Part shown: piece by piece, positions 10,102-20,243 of the stretch
How positions within the stretch are numbered: position 1 is the first letter of the stretch
Layout of the letters: the number at the start of each line of letters is the position of its first letter
NCBI GenBank assembly: GCA_039024555.1
Contig: JBCCQQ010000036.1
Location: forward strand, 1-61,528
DNA from: Cyanobacteria bacterium P01_D01_bin.156
GTDB lineage: Bacteria > Cyanobacteriota > Cyanobacteriia > Phormidesmidales > Phormidesmidaceae
DNA: 61,528 bases
Direction: 5' to 3'
Translations under genes and position numbers: made by a program
Notes under the pieces: generated by a model
Database searches by the model: none
The model's input: only the letters and a program-made list of their open reading frames with translations
What the model was told of the DNA's origin: nothing

Positions 10102-11484
10102 TCACGAACTTAAAGCAGGTTCAGGAGATTCTGGATCAGCCGTAATCACTGGCGCTGTCCCCCCGATCTGATCAACAGAAGTCGACACTGAATCCTTAGG
10201 AAGCAAAAACAGCAGGGGCAAAGGTAGCAGAGTCGTCAGATTCGTGATGACTACCAGCAGCCAAAGGTTTGTAAAATCTGTTTCGGTCACATGCAGCCAA
10301 TGGGTCAGTAATGCCCCCAGCTCGCGAGAAACCAAGCTGGCCATGTTCACAATGGACATTAGCAGAGCAAACAGGGTGGCTTCTACACCGGGAGGACATA
10401 ATCTCGCAGACAACACCAAAACTGGCATAAATGCTATCTGTCCCATGATGGTGAGAATGGCACTATCACCAAGACTAAACCAGTGGTCCTCAATCCCCAG
10501 ACTGCGATTAGCGTGGGTAACTAGCAATAGAGTTGTCAGCCCTCCCAAAGCAGCCAGAACCGTCGACCAAGCAAAAATCACTCGGAACGAAACAGCTTTC
10601 AAAAAACGCTGAAAAATACCAATGCCGAGCAAGGCAGCCAAACTTGTCACCAACTGCACCCGACCCAAGAACTCAGCTTTAAAGCCCAAATCGTTCGTTG
10701 TAAAGAAGAAAAATGCAGAATCAGCGCTGGGCGTAGACTGCCAGAGAAACAGAAACAAAGCAGGCATCCAAATCGCTTTTTGACTAAACGCCGCTTTCAG
10801 CTGTTTGACCTGAGACCAGACCACTCCAACACTAGATTTTTCGGTGGTTGCCTCCTCTGCAATTAACCAAGCAACAACAGTAACCACCAAGGGAAATGTC
10901 GCAGTGACCCCGAACACCATACGGGTACTGGTGTATTCAAGTAACAATCCACCCAGGTAAGCGGTTAAGATACCACCAATTGCAGATGCGCCCCAACAAA
11001 GCGACTGTATAGTTCCCGCTTCACTTTGCGATTCTTGGCGGGCTCGCTCGACCACCAAGGAATCAACAATTACGTCTGAGATCGCAACTGACACAGAACT
11101 CATTAAGATCATTGCAGTGGCTAACCAGGCCGTCTGTACAGATGTGGCTAAAACTAACCAGGCAGCTGTCCCCATCAAACCTGATATGACTAGATAAGGA
11201 CGACGGCGATATCCACCAATTGGCAATCCGTCAGATAAAAAGCCAAACAGCGGCTTAACGGTCCATGGCAAACTTGCAATCCCCGTAAGCGCAGCAACCT
11301 CTGCCGGACTCAGTGCTAAATCATCTTTGAGGAAAAAACTGACTGCTAACCGCGCTAACCCTAGGATGCCTTGGACAAAATAGACCAAAAGGATGGCTGT
11401 TAACTCAGTAGTTAGAGGCCGACCTAACAGAAATCTAGTTTCTACAAACTTTCTAATGCCATGCGAGTCGGCGGATACAGCCAT
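10102..11484 (-). CDS. Folate/biopterin transporter (FBT/BT1 family, MFS)
   Basis: YFVQGILGLARLA, PWTVKPLFGFLSD, GYRRRPY and ARLCPPGVEATLFALLM. Confidence 0.9.
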   Translation of the reverse strand: MAVSADSHGIRKFVETRFLLGRPLTTELTAILLVYFVQGILGLARLAVSFFLKDDLALSPAEVAALTGIASLPWTVKPLFGFLSDGLPIGGYRRRPYLVISGLMGTAAWLVLATSVQTAWLATAMILMSSVSVAISDVIVDSLVVERARQESQSEAGTIQSLCWGASAIGGILTAYLGGLLLEYTSTRMVFGVTATFPLVVTVVAWLIAEEATTEKSSVGVVWSQVKQLKAAFSQKAIWMPALFLFLWQSTPSADSAFFFFTTNDLGFKAEFLGRVQLVTSLAALLGIGIFQRFLKAVSFRVIFAWSTVLAALGGLTTLLLVTHANRSLGIEDHWFSLGDSAILTIMGQIAFMPVLVLSARLCPPGVEATLFALLMSIVNMASLVSRELGALLTHWLHVTETDFTNLWLLVVITNLTTLLPLPLLFLLPKDSVSTSVDQIGGTAPVITADPESPEPALSS

Positions 11485-11613
11485 ATGTGACGAGAACCTT
11501 TAAGAAATGTCAACTATTCTCATCATACCGATTCTCTCAGGATTGCCCCAGTAATAAAAGGGGATTAATGCTCTCAGGCTGGCTTACAGATCCAGAATTT
11601 AGTCAGCAAAAGG

Positions 11614-12159
11614 TCATGACTCTGGAATTCGCACGGCAACTGTGCTGGTTCTAAAGGTATAGAGTTCACCTTCTAATTCGATAGGAGTACCGATCTTGAC
11701 CTTGCTATTACCAAACACAGGACCGTCATCGGTGATCTGGGCTGTACCTGCAAGGGTAATCAACATGTCGGTGGTGTAATTCAGCTCAGGTCGTGGATCT
11801 GGAAATGCATTTACAGATCCATCTGGTTGAGGAACAGCAGTACTACGCGGTAACTCTTGAATATCTTGAATGGTTACCTGACCATAGGGCTGATTACGAA
11901 TGATGATATTGGTTTTTCCTTCGGCTTTGATATCTGCCACAAACTGCTCCGGATTGAGTACGGTCAATCCTCGAACCATCACATCCACTTCGATATCTTT
12001 ATTGACGGCTCCCACTTGGGCAACTGACCCCGACGTGCCTGGATAGAAAAAGACAGCGACTGCCACCATGAGAATAATTAAGCCTGCACCAATGTCTAGC
12101 AGGCTGATTTTGCCAAATAAGCGTCCCTTTGAATCCAAAATAGCCATGATTCCTGACAT
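11614..12159 (-). CDS. DUF4330-type conserved cyanobacterial membrane protein
   Basis: ILDSKGRLFGKISLLD, one TM segment and IIIRNQPYG. Confidence 0.8.
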   Translation of the reverse strand: MSGIMAILDSKGRLFGKISLLDIGAGLIILMVAVAVFFYPGTSGSVAQVGAVNKDIEVDVMVRGLTVLNPEQFVADIKAEGKTNIIIRNQPYGQVTIQDIQELPRSTAVPQPDGSVNAFPDPRPELNYTTDMLITLAGTAQITDDGPVFGNSKVKIGTPIELEGELYTFRTSTVAVRIPES

Positions 12160-12418
12160 TCCGAAATGCTAAACAGATTTGCAATTCACCCCAGGCGAGG
12201 GGATGCAGCCGTTAGTATTTAAGCACGGGGTGACCAGTTTGTAGGCAGATGCACTCCAAAACCTGTTCACACTCTACTAACTGTCACAGTTCCTTGGAAA
12301 AGCTATTCAGGCAATCGCTATGGTCAAATTGCGGATATTGGTTTCGTGCCTAAGCATTACAAAAGTGACTTTATCCGTCTTCGCTTTGTTCTCCGTTTCA
12401 TTTCAACACACTAAACCC

Positions 12419-13267
12419 ATGTCTAATGCAGTTTTTCGCTGGGGTAACCGCTGGCAACGCCGATTGGCCTACGGCGTAATGGCTTGTGTCATGACCCTTA
12501 GTTTGGGGGCTTTGATCCCTAGGCCAGCTAGTGCTGGGTTGCTGGACATTATTTTGCCAACAATCCAGGTATTTCAGATCACCAATATGTCTGACAAAGA
12601 CGAAATTAGCCTAGGTGGCCAGGTCAATCAACAGCTGCTCAGCCAGTCATTTCGCCTATATCGCGATTCAGAATTAACAGCCTACATCGACCGGCTTGGC
12701 CAAAGTTTAGTGCCCCATAGCGATCGACCTGATATTCCCTATGTTTTCCAGGTAGTGGAAGATGATAGCATCAACGCTTTCGCCACTATGGGCGGATATG
12801 TTTACATCACTACAGGGTTAATGGCAGCAGCCGATAATGAATCGGAGGTGGTTGGTGTGCTTGGCCATGAGATTGGTCACATTGCTGAAAAACATGCTCT
12901 TGATCAAATGCGAGATGTGGCCATTGCTCAAGGTGTAGCAGGCGCATTTGGCCTTAGCCGCAATCAGATGGTGGGCATTGCTGTAGATGTGGCACTGACA
13001 CTACCCAATAGTCGTAGGGATGAACTAGTCGCCGATGAACATGGTTTTGTCACCATGGGCGAAGCAGGCTATGACCAAACTGGCATGGCTACATTGATGC
13101 AAAAGTTAGATACAGGCAATAGCCCACCGGCTATTTTTAGTACTCACCCCAATCCTAGAGATCGCGCTGAGCGTTTACGCCAAATGGATAGCGAATTAGC
13201 TATACCATCAGCAACCGCAGGGGCTGACACTATAGCCTACAGCGCACGAGTATCATCACTGCGATAA
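12419..13267 (+). CDS. M48 family Zn-metallopeptidase
   Basis: INAFATMGG, HEIGH, SRRDELVAD and STHP; start at ATG 12419 is inferred; 31-bp tail-to-tail overlap with coaX. Confidence 0.9.
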   Translation: MSNAVFRWGNRWQRRLAYGVMACVMTLSLGALIPRPASAGLLDIILPTIQVFQITNMSDKDEISLGGQVNQQLLSQSFRLYRDSELTAYIDRLGQSLVPHSDRPDIPYVFQVVEDDSINAFATMGGYVYITTGLMAAADNESEVVGVLGHEIGHIAEKHALDQMRDVAIAQGVAGAFGLSRNQMVGIAVDVALTLPNSRRDELVADEHGFVTMGEAGYDQTGMATLMQKLDTGNSPPAIFSTHPNPRDRAERLRQMDSELAIPSATAGADTIAYSARVSSLR

Positions 13268-14013
13268 GCTGCAACCCCCCAAAACATTAAATTTGGATCA
13301 ACCCAGGTTCTGGCATTCAGAGCCTGGGTTTGTTGTTCTAGATATTGCTGATAAAGCTGATGTAGGTATTGACCATCACCACCGGTAAATATGATGGCGG
13401 TATCGGGGTATTGGTTTTGCCAATCATGGATAAAGTTGTGAATACCGGCTAAAAGCGGATGCAGAACACCGGCTTGGATAGCCTCTGATGTATTGACGGC
13501 CCAGTACTTCGGTAGATGCAACGGAGGTTCCACCTGGGGTAACGCAGCCGTGTAGTCATGGAGGGCTTTAAGCTGCGATCGCAGCCCCAACATAATAGCT
13601 CCACCCCTAAAACAGGCATCAGCTCCCGCCGTAAAGGTAAGGGCTGTTCCCCCATCAATCATGAGTACGGGCCAACCATATCGTTGCCCAGCCCCCCACA
13701 GACTGACGATCCGATCTAATCCCATGGTCGGGTAGGTATCCTTTAGGGGGATTTGCTTAATCCATTGGACTTGAGGCATTTTTGCTAGATACTCAGCCTG
13801 ACTTGGCACCACAGACACTGCGTATATTGCTAGTGATTCAAGGGGTACGTCGAGTAGTTCAGCAGGGCAATTCCATTCAGCATTCAAAAGGTGACGTAGC
13901 TCTAGGTATGTTGCTACGTGGGCAAAGTGCCACACTTGCCGCAAGTCTGTATCTTGGAACCAGGCACAGTGCCAACGGGTGTTGCCAATGACTAGAGCTA
14001 ACCAATGGGCCAT
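13237..14013 (-). CDS. coaX: Type III pantothenate kinase
   Basis: IGNTRWH, SVVP, MGLDR, IDGGTALT, GGAI and TGGDG. Confidence 0.9.
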   Translation of the reverse strand: MAHWLALVIGNTRWHCAWFQDTDLRQVWHFAHVATYLELRHLLNAEWNCPAELLDVPLESLAIYAVSVVPSQAEYLAKMPQVQWIKQIPLKDTYPTMGLDRIVSLWGAGQRYGWPVLMIDGGTALTFTAGADACFRGGAIMLGLRSQLKALHDYTAALPQVEPPLHLPKYWAVNTSEAIQAGVLHPLLAGIHNFIHDWQNQYPDTAIIFTGGDGQYLHQLYQQYLEQQTQALNARTWVDPNLMFWGVAAYRSDDTRAL

Positions 14014-14042
14014 GGGTTGAAGACTAAAACCGATACAAGTAT

Positions 14043-14072
14043 CCCCTGATGTCTGAATTCAGGCATCAGGGG
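14043..14072. repeat. 30-bp near-perfect palindrome between manC and coaX
   Basis: CCCCTGATGTCTGAA|TTCAGGCATCAGGGG with one mismatch; no clear U-tract on the minus strand. Confidence 0.8.
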
Positions 14073-14119
14073 GCTTCAATCACACCGCCTCTCTAACAAA
14101 AAAATCACTAGAGATTTCT

Positions 14120-15199
14120 TTAGAGCAAGTGCAAGAACTTATCTTCCTTACCCAGGGCCTTCACGGCCTTCTTAATTTCCTGGGTGCGGTCTTTTTTAAC
14201 GATCAATGTGGCCTTCCCATCACGCACCACCACCACATCTTCTAAGCCAATGGTGACCACGACTTCCTCTTCATCAGAGGAGTATACAATGCAGCCATTC
14301 GTATCATGGGCCTGATGCTGACACATATCCACATTGGCGTTGTCCCCCTTCATCAACCGCTCAATCGCATTCCAATCACCCAGGTCGTCCCAGCCAAAGT
14401 TAGCAGGCATTACATAGGCTTTCTGGGTTTTTTCCATGACCGCGTAGTCGATGCTGAGCTTTTCTAACTGGGCATAAGCATCCACACCCTTCGCTAATAG
14501 TGGTCCCATTAATTCTGGCGAATAGGTCTTGAGTTCATCTATCATGACGCCAGCGGGGAAGATAAACATACCGCTATTCCAGCTGTAGCGACCGCTGGCC
14601 AAGAATTCTTCCGCCACACTACGCTCAGGCTTTTCGGTAAATCGACTCACACGATAGGAAGCGAGCTCACCATACGTGCCAGTGTTATCGCCCTGTTCAA
14701 TGTAGCCATACCCTGTGGAGGGAAACGTGGGCTGAATCCCCAGAGTAGCAATAGCGTCCTGACTGTTGGCTAATTCAGCAGCAGCCCGAATGGTGGCCCG
14801 GAACTTTGGCTCATCAGTGATGTAATGATCGGCTGGGAAAAAACATGCGATCGCATCATCGCCATGGCGCTTTGCCACCTCTAAAGTGGCCCAAGCCACA
14901 GCAGGAGCAGTATCCCGACCTTGAGGCTCCACCAAAATATTTTCATCCGGTAGCTCCGGTAACTGCTGCTTCACACCATCAGCCAAGTGGGATGCTGTAA
15001 TCACCCAAATAGAATCCCAACTGCCTGCTAAAGGCAACAACCGGTCAGCCGTAGATTGCATCAAACTACGACCACTGCCATCGAGGCACAAAAACTGTTT
15101 AGGATGCTTGAGGCGACTCACGGGCCAAAAGCGCTCTCCTTTACCGCCAGCTAAAATAATCGGCACTAATTTAGGAATTTGATTGCTAGGTTGTGTCAT
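14120..15199 (-). CDS. manC: Mannose-1-phosphate guanylyltransferase
   Basis: ILAGGKGERFWPVSR..PKQF, EPQGRDTAPA, FTEKP, WNSGMF, SIDYAVME and WDDLGDW. Confidence 0.92.
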   Translation of the reverse strand: MTQPSNQIPKLVPIILAGGKGERFWPVSRLKHPKQFLCLDGSGRSLMQSTADRLLPLAGSWDSIWVITASHLADGVKQQLPELPDENILVEPQGRDTAPAVAWATLEVAKRHGDDAIACFFPADHYITDEPKFRATIRAAAELANSQDAIATLGIQPTFPSTGYGYIEQGDNTGTYGELASYRVSRFTEKPERSVAEEFLASGRYSWNSGMFIFPAGVMIDELKTYSPELMGPLLAKGVDAYAQLEKLSIDYAVMEKTQKAYVMPANFGWDDLGDWNAIERLMKGDNANVDMCQHQAHDTNGCIVYSSDEEEVVVTIGLEDVVVVRDGKATLIVKKDRTQEIKKAVKALGKEDKFLHLL

Positions 15200-15533
15200 C
15201 GTTTACTTAATAAAGTTAAATTACAGCGTTAAAATGATTGTCCATATAGAGTTCTGAACAATAGTAGCCACTACTCAAAGCTCACTCCATAGGTAAAGCT
15301 TAATATTGGTTAACTTCTCACCTATGTGTAGAACATATCAAAAGAACTCATAAATACCATCGAGGCAAAGCCTAAACACATTTCCAGTGTGTTTACATCT
15401 AAAACCCACAATTTAACAGCCCTCAAAGATATCAATCCACCTTCTGACTTCTAGTCAGAAAAAACGTATCTCGGCTGTTAACACCTTTATAAATCTTGCC
15501 CATCAATTTCACTGGGGCACTTTAAAAGCGTTT

Positions 15534-16880
15534 ATGACTCCCTTTCAATCCTCCCAGGCAGCTTCTACTGCCACAGATGCTATGCCAAAGCGCCGTTCAT
15601 TATTAGGCAACTGTATACGTATCCTTGTCTGGACCGGCATTTTTGGTGCAACTGCAGTCGTTTCAGCAGCAGCAGGAGCAGCCTTTATCCTGGCGGTACC
15701 TTTACCTAAAGAAATGGGCGAAGCCACCGCTACTCCACCTTTAAACGAGCTTTGGAAATCAGGCTTTCGCTATCAGGTATCCCGTCCGGTAAATCTTTTA
15801 ATCATGGGCTTAGACGAAGCCATTGATATTGAAGGTGCAGCCCCCACAGACCTGGTAGGGCGTACCGATACGATCCTCCTGGCACGGGTAAATCCTGAGA
15901 CTGAATCGATTAATGTGATGTCGATTCCACGAGATACTCGTGTAGAAATCCCAGGCCATGGCATTGACAAAATTAATCAGGCCAATGTTGAAGGAGGAGC
16001 AGAACTCGCTGCTCAAACCGTCAGCTATAACTTTAATCGGATCGAGATTGATCGCTATGTGCGAGTCAGCACAGCCGCATTTAGAGAGATTGTCGATTTG
16101 ATTGGGGGTGTAGAAGTCTTTGTCCCTAAAGAGATGAAGTATGAGGACAAGACACAAGGTCTGGTGATTGACCTAGAGCCAGGCTGGCAAACTTTAAATG
16201 GTGATGAAGCAGAACAGTTTGCTCGATTTCGTCAGGATGATTTAGGGGATATTGGGCGCGTACAGCGGCAGCAAATTTTACTGAAGGCTCTGCGCGATCG
16301 CATGTTAAACCCAACTGTGATTGCTCAGATTCCACAAATTGTTCGCATTCTGCAAACCCATATCGATACGAACCTATCGACGGAAGAAATTTTAGCGCTG
16401 GCAGGTTTTGGTCTACAGCTTGAGCGAGAAGCACTCAATATGGTTATGCTCCCTGGACGGTTTAGCAGCCCGACAGAATATCGAGCCAGCTACTGGATTG
16501 CAGATTCAAACAACGTCAATGACGTGATGGAGAATTTCTTCGATATAGAAGCTTCTGGCATCTTAACCACTGATTTGCCTCAACGCTCCATTAGCCGCCT
16601 AAAAATTGCTGTTCAAAATGCATCTCGTGACCCTTACATCGCTCAAACCGTCGTTGATCACTTACGTGATGAAGGCTTTCGCAATGTATACCTCATTGAA
16701 GATTGGCCAGCGATTAATAATCAAACCAACTTAATTGCGCAGCGGGGCGATATTAACGGAGCTGAATTTGTAGAGGCTGTGCTCGGTGTGGGTAAAGTCA
16801 TCGCGGCTTCTACAGGTCATGTAGATTCAGATGTGACTATACGCGTTGGTGATGATTGGTCAGAGCAATTAATTCAATAA
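15534..16880 (+). CDS. LCP (LytR-CpsA-Psr) family protein with LytR_C-like tail
   Basis: N-terminal TM; RTDTILL, SIPRDT, KINQA and FARFR..DIGRVQRQQ; C-terminal IAVQNAS and IRVGDDW. Confidence 0.92.
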   Translation: MTPFQSSQAASTATDAMPKRRSLLGNCIRILVWTGIFGATAVVSAAAGAAFILAVPLPKEMGEATATPPLNELWKSGFRYQVSRPVNLLIMGLDEAIDIEGAAPTDLVGRTDTILLARVNPETESINVMSIPRDTRVEIPGHGIDKINQANVEGGAELAAQTVSYNFNRIEIDRYVRVSTAAFREIVDLIGGVEVFVPKEMKYEDKTQGLVIDLEPGWQTLNGDEAEQFARFRQDDLGDIGRVQRQQILLKALRDRMLNPTVIAQIPQIVRILQTHIDTNLSTEEILALAGFGLQLEREALNMVMLPGRFSSPTEYRASYWIADSNNVNDVMENFFDIEASGILTTDLPQRSISRLKIAVQNASRDPYIAQTVVDHLRDEGFRNVYLIEDWPAINNQTNLIAQRGDINGAEFVEAVLGVGKVIAASTGHVDSDVTIRVGDDWSEQLIQ

Positions 16881-16993
16881 ACAGCTAGCCGCCTGCAGAC
16901 ATTGTGATTCTAGGTATAACATCAGTTATTACAGCTTTGTTATTAGGCTGCCTCTGGGTACTTTTGGTCGCACAACCGGCACAATAAATTCGC

Positions 16994-17698
16994 TTATTCT
17001 CCTGAGATAGCGGTCATTAGTGGCTGCCATGCAATCACGTCTGCCATCAGGGTACGATAGCCCAAAACATTCGGATGCAGTCCATCACTACTTAGACGTT
17101 GCTGAACCCAGCTCTCTCCCTGTGAACGCCATCGATGATACAGATCAAGGTAGGGAATTTGCTTGGCTTCACAAGCGTGACGAGTCATGTCGTTATAGTG
17201 CGCCTGGTCTGCGTTGGAAAAGTAAAGGACGTCAGCATAGGGCATCGCCGCTTCATTGATAGGGACCATACCCACAAAAAACGTCGGACACAGTGCCTTA
17301 GCTTGATCTAACAGATTATTTAAATCACCAGAAAAGACAGTGGCATCAGTCATCAGCCGTCCATTTGATCGGCCCAACCGAGCACTATCATTCAGACCGA
17401 CGGACAACACTAGTAAATCAGGGACTTGACGACGCAGTTCGCCCCTAAGTTTAAATTCACGCTCTAACCGGTCCGCAACGCGCTGAACGCCATCCCCGCG
17501 CACACCTAGATTGTAAATAATCGGACCTGGCTGGGATGGGTCCATCCATTGACGACGTAAACGTTCAACCCATCCACCCCCTTCAGTATCTCCGTACCCG
17601 TACACCAGGCTGTCACCTATGACGACCACTTTCTTTGGATGGGTCGCTTGAGATTGACCACTCTTAGGTGTATCGACACGATTAACAAGGGCAGCCAT
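16994..17698 (-). CDS. GDSL/SGNH hydrolase
   Basis: IGDSLVYG, NLGVRGD, GLND and DGLHPN blocks; start at ATG 17698 is inferred. Confidence 0.9.
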   Translation of the reverse strand: MAALVNRVDTPKSGQSQATHPKKVVVIGDSLVYGYGDTEGGGWVERLRRQWMDPSQPGPIIYNLGVRGDGVQRVADRLEREFKLRGELRRQVPDLLVLSVGLNDSARLGRSNGRLMTDATVFSGDLNNLLDQAKALCPTFFVGMVPINEAAMPYADVLYFSNADQAHYNDMTRHACEAKQIPYLDLYHRWRSQGESWVQQRLSSDGLHPNVLGYRTLMADVIAWQPLMTAISGE

Positions 17699-17857
17699 AA
17701 AAATATCAAATACGCTTAGTAGAGCAACAAAATCACCAACACTACCTGTAAGAACGAAATTCTTACGCATTGAGTCCCCCGCAAATTAACATTTTGCACG
17801 ACTCATTTTCAAATCTTTACACTTTCCAGGAGTGCAAACTAACTGCCTTTATAACAA

Positions 17858-17885
17858 ACCCCAGGGTGCGATCGCACCCTGGGGT
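17858..17885 (-). terminator. 28-bp perfect palindrome centred on HIP1; probable gifA terminator
   Basis: ACCCCAGGGTGCGA|TCGCACCCTGGGGT, 35 nt after the gifA stop and followed by a T-rich tract on the minus strand. Confidence 0.7.
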
Positions 17886-17920
17886 CATACGTCATCATTG
17901 AAAATCAGTCTATGCAGGCA

Positions 17921-18121
17921 CTAACTCATCGCTGCATTGCTACGACCGTAGGCATGCTGAACATCATACCTAGGCTTTCCCTGCACACGGCTACCCGCAC
18001 CAATAGAATCCATAGACATTCCCACGTCTAAAGCGGCACGGCTTAGTAGAGATCGTTGTCGATTGGTAACCGCATGGCGGTTAAAAGCGGCTCGAAGTCG
18101 AGCGGATTCTCGTATGGACAT
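17921..18121 (-). CDS. gifA: Glutamine synthetase inactivating factor IF7
   Basis: 66 aa with NRQRSLLSRAA, VQGKP and Y.RSNAAMS; Arg8/Arg21/Arg28 match the IF7 GS-binding arginines; AGGAGG RBS; adjacent to glnA. Confidence 0.88.
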   Translation of the reverse strand: MSIRESARLRAAFNRHAVTNRQRSLLSRAALDVGMSMDSIGAGSRVQGKPRYDVQHAYGRSNAAMS

Positions 18122-18177
18122 ATCTATTGACCTCCTAGAGAAGTAAAACGCAACGGCGCTGAAAGATTTCCACTTAA

Positions 18178-18209
18178 ATTCTAGACAAAAATTCAGTATA
18201 AATAGATAC
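18178..18209 (-). promoter_or_regulatory. gifA promoter with NtcA box in repressing position
   Basis: GTA-N8-TAC at 18196-18209; TAGAAT -10 box at 18178-18183 (minus strand) only 12 nt away, so the box covers the -35 region. Confidence 0.8.
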
Positions 18210-18281
18210 TTTTTTAATTTATTTTTGTAAATTTATTTCAATGTCGACACAGCAAATGGCTTTGCTAGCAGCGTTATGCAC

Positions 18282-18309
18282 AAAAAACGCCAGCCCTAAG
18301 GGCTGGCGT
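18282..18309 (-). terminator. Rho-independent terminator of glnA
   Basis: 10-bp perfect stem ACGCCAGCCC / GGGCTGGCGT with 3-nt loop, running into a T-tract on the minus strand. Confidence 0.9.
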
Positions 18310-18348
18310 CAGACCAAAATGGTCAGGTACTCCAATTACTGCGATCGC

Positions 18349-19770
18349 TTAGCAATCGTAGTAGAGGGCGATTTCATAAGGATGAGGACGAATATCCATC
18401 GGAATAACCTCAGTATCTAGCTTGTAGGAAATCCAGTTTTGAATGAAGTCCTCAGTGAAGACACCCCCAGTAGTCAAGAATTCATGATCGCTTTCTAGAG
18501 CAGACAGCGCTTCCTTCAGGGAACCCGGTGTAGAGGCAATTTTAGCCAACTCCTCAGGGCTAAGTTCGTAAATGTCCTGATCGATAGGAGCAGGAGGCTC
18601 AATTTGGTTCTTGATACCATCAATACCTGCACACAGCATCGCTGCAAAGGCTAGGTAAGGGTTAGACGTAGGATCAGGGCAACGGAACTCTAGACGCTTC
18701 GCCTTAGGACTATCACCAGATAGTGGAATTCGGATAGCAGCGGAGCGATTACCGTTGGAGTAAACCAAGTTTACTGGCGCTTCAAAACCAGGCACCAGCC
18801 GCTTATAGGAATTAGTACTGGGGTTAGAAAATGCCAGCACAGCCGGTGCATGCTTCAGCAGACCGCCAATGTACCAAGTCGCCAACTGGCTCAAACCAGC
18901 GTACATATCGCCAGCCATCAAAGGCTGACCATCTTTCCAAATTGATTGGTGAGTGTGCATACCAGAGCCGTTGTCCTCAAACAGAGGCTTGGGCATAAAA
19001 GTAACGGTTTTACCGTACTTCTTAGCAACGTTCTTGATGCAGTACTTATAGGTCATTAACCAGTCAGCCGCCTGGATCATTTCACCAAAGCGGAAGCCCA
19101 GCTCACACTGACCACCGGTTGCTACTTCATGGTGATGCTTTTCGATGGGGACACCACAATCAGCCATAGTTAAAAGCATCTCAGTCCGCATGTCCTGAGA
19201 CGTATCAGTCGGAGATACGGGGAAGTACCCCCCCTTATAGTTGGGCTTATAGCCTAGGTTGCCACCTTCTTCCTCACGGCCACTGTTCCAACGACCCTCT
19301 ACGGTATCTACGTAGTAGTAGCTGGAATTGGAAGTGGTATCGAAACGGACATCGTCAAAAATGAAGAACTCTGCCTCAGGCCCAAAGTAAGCGGTATCAC
19401 CAATACCACTGGACTTTAGATAATCCAAAGCCTTCTGAGCAATCACACGGGGACAACGGTCGTACCACTCACCGGTACGAGGCTCCTTAATCGAGCACAC
19501 AAGACTCAGGGTGGGCTCCTTCATGAAAGGATCGATCCAAGCTGTAGTCGGATCCGGCACCATGGACATATCGGACTCGTTAATCGCCTTCCAGCCACGG
19601 ATACTAGAACCGTCAAATGCCACGCCGTCGGTAAAGCTACTCTCGTCAATTTGGCTACGATGAACCGTAAGGTGTTGCCAAATACCTGGCAAATCGATGA
19701 ACTTCAGATCAATCATCTGAATATTTTGATCTTCGATCATCTGCAAAACTTCTGCGGCAGTCTGAGCCAT
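18349..19770 (-). CDS. glnA: Glutamine synthetase type I
   Basis: [42 protein letters not shown] and [17 protein letters not shown]. Confidence 0.98.
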   Translation of the reverse strand: MAQTAAEVLQMIEDQNIQMIDLKFIDLPGIWQHLTVHRSQIDESSFTDGVAFDGSSIRGWKAINESDMSMVPDPTTAWIDPFMKEPTLSLVCSIKEPRTGEWYDRCPRVIAQKALDYLKSSGIGDTAYFGPEAEFFIFDDVRFDTTSNSSYYYVDTVEGRWNSGREEEGGNLGYKPNYKGGYFPVSPTDTSQDMRTEMLLTMADCGVPIEKHHHEVATGGQCELGFRFGEMIQAADWLMTYKYCIKNVAKKYGKTVTFMPKPLFEDNGSGMHTHQSIWKDGQPLMAGDMYAGLSQLATWYIGGLLKHAPAVLAFSNPSTNSYKRLVPGFEAPVNLVYSNGNRSAAIRIPLSGDSPKAKRLEFRCPDPTSNPYLAFAAMLCAGIDGIKNQIEPPAPIDQDIYELSPEELAKIASTPGSLKEALSALESDHEFLTTGGVFTEDFIQNWISYKLDTEVIPMDIRPHPYEIALYYDC

Positions 19771-20200
19771 GAATTACTCCTTTCTATGCATTCACTAGAG
19801 CCGTCTTCAACATATTTGATGACTCTGTAGGCTTTGCAGTACGCCCAGGCCAACATGTTTAACGGCCAAGCAATTAAACAATGAGTACGACTAAAAAATG
19901 GGTACCCGTTATAAACTTTCTAGATTTTGCAACAGGAAAACGCATATTTAGTCAAATCTCCCCATAGGTCTTCTTTTGGGAGAACTTGATCAAGGTGTTT
20001 AAGCACCAAACGTCACTGGTCTTGCGAAGAGTTGACTTGTCAGAATTAGGCAATTGGCCAGGGTACAAATCGCTTATTCTCTAGACCAGTCACGGCAGTA
20101 CAGCCTACTCCGAACCTGGACAAATACCGTAGTAGCTCATCAACAGCTCAATCAATCACTTCTAGAAAACACTGATTTTTGCTGGGGCAAAGCTTGAATA

Positions 20201-20243
20201 ATCCTAAAAATAGGGATAAGAGAGAATTGTATTTCTTGTTACA
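20201..20243 (-). promoter_or_regulatory. Class II NtcA-activated promoter of glnA
   Basis: TGTA-N8-TACA at 20228-20243; exactly 22 nt separate the GTA-N8-TAC core from a TAGGAT (TAN3T) -10 box at 20201-20206 on the minus strand. Confidence 0.88.

Noticed and set aside
13237..13267. 31-bp convergent overlap of the M48 peptidase and coaX
   Set aside because: Short tail-to-tail overlaps are common, and nothing else points to a regulatory role.
18122..18175. Glutamine riboswitch in the gif leader
   Set aside because: The predicted leader is only ~50 nt and lacks the CGUU...GGAAGUA...GAA..AACG core; the protein is IF7-sized, not IF17-sized.
19801..19870. glnA-motif riboswitch suggested by GTTGGCCTGGG on the minus strand
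   Set aside because: No GGAAGUA element or closing P1 strand is visible.
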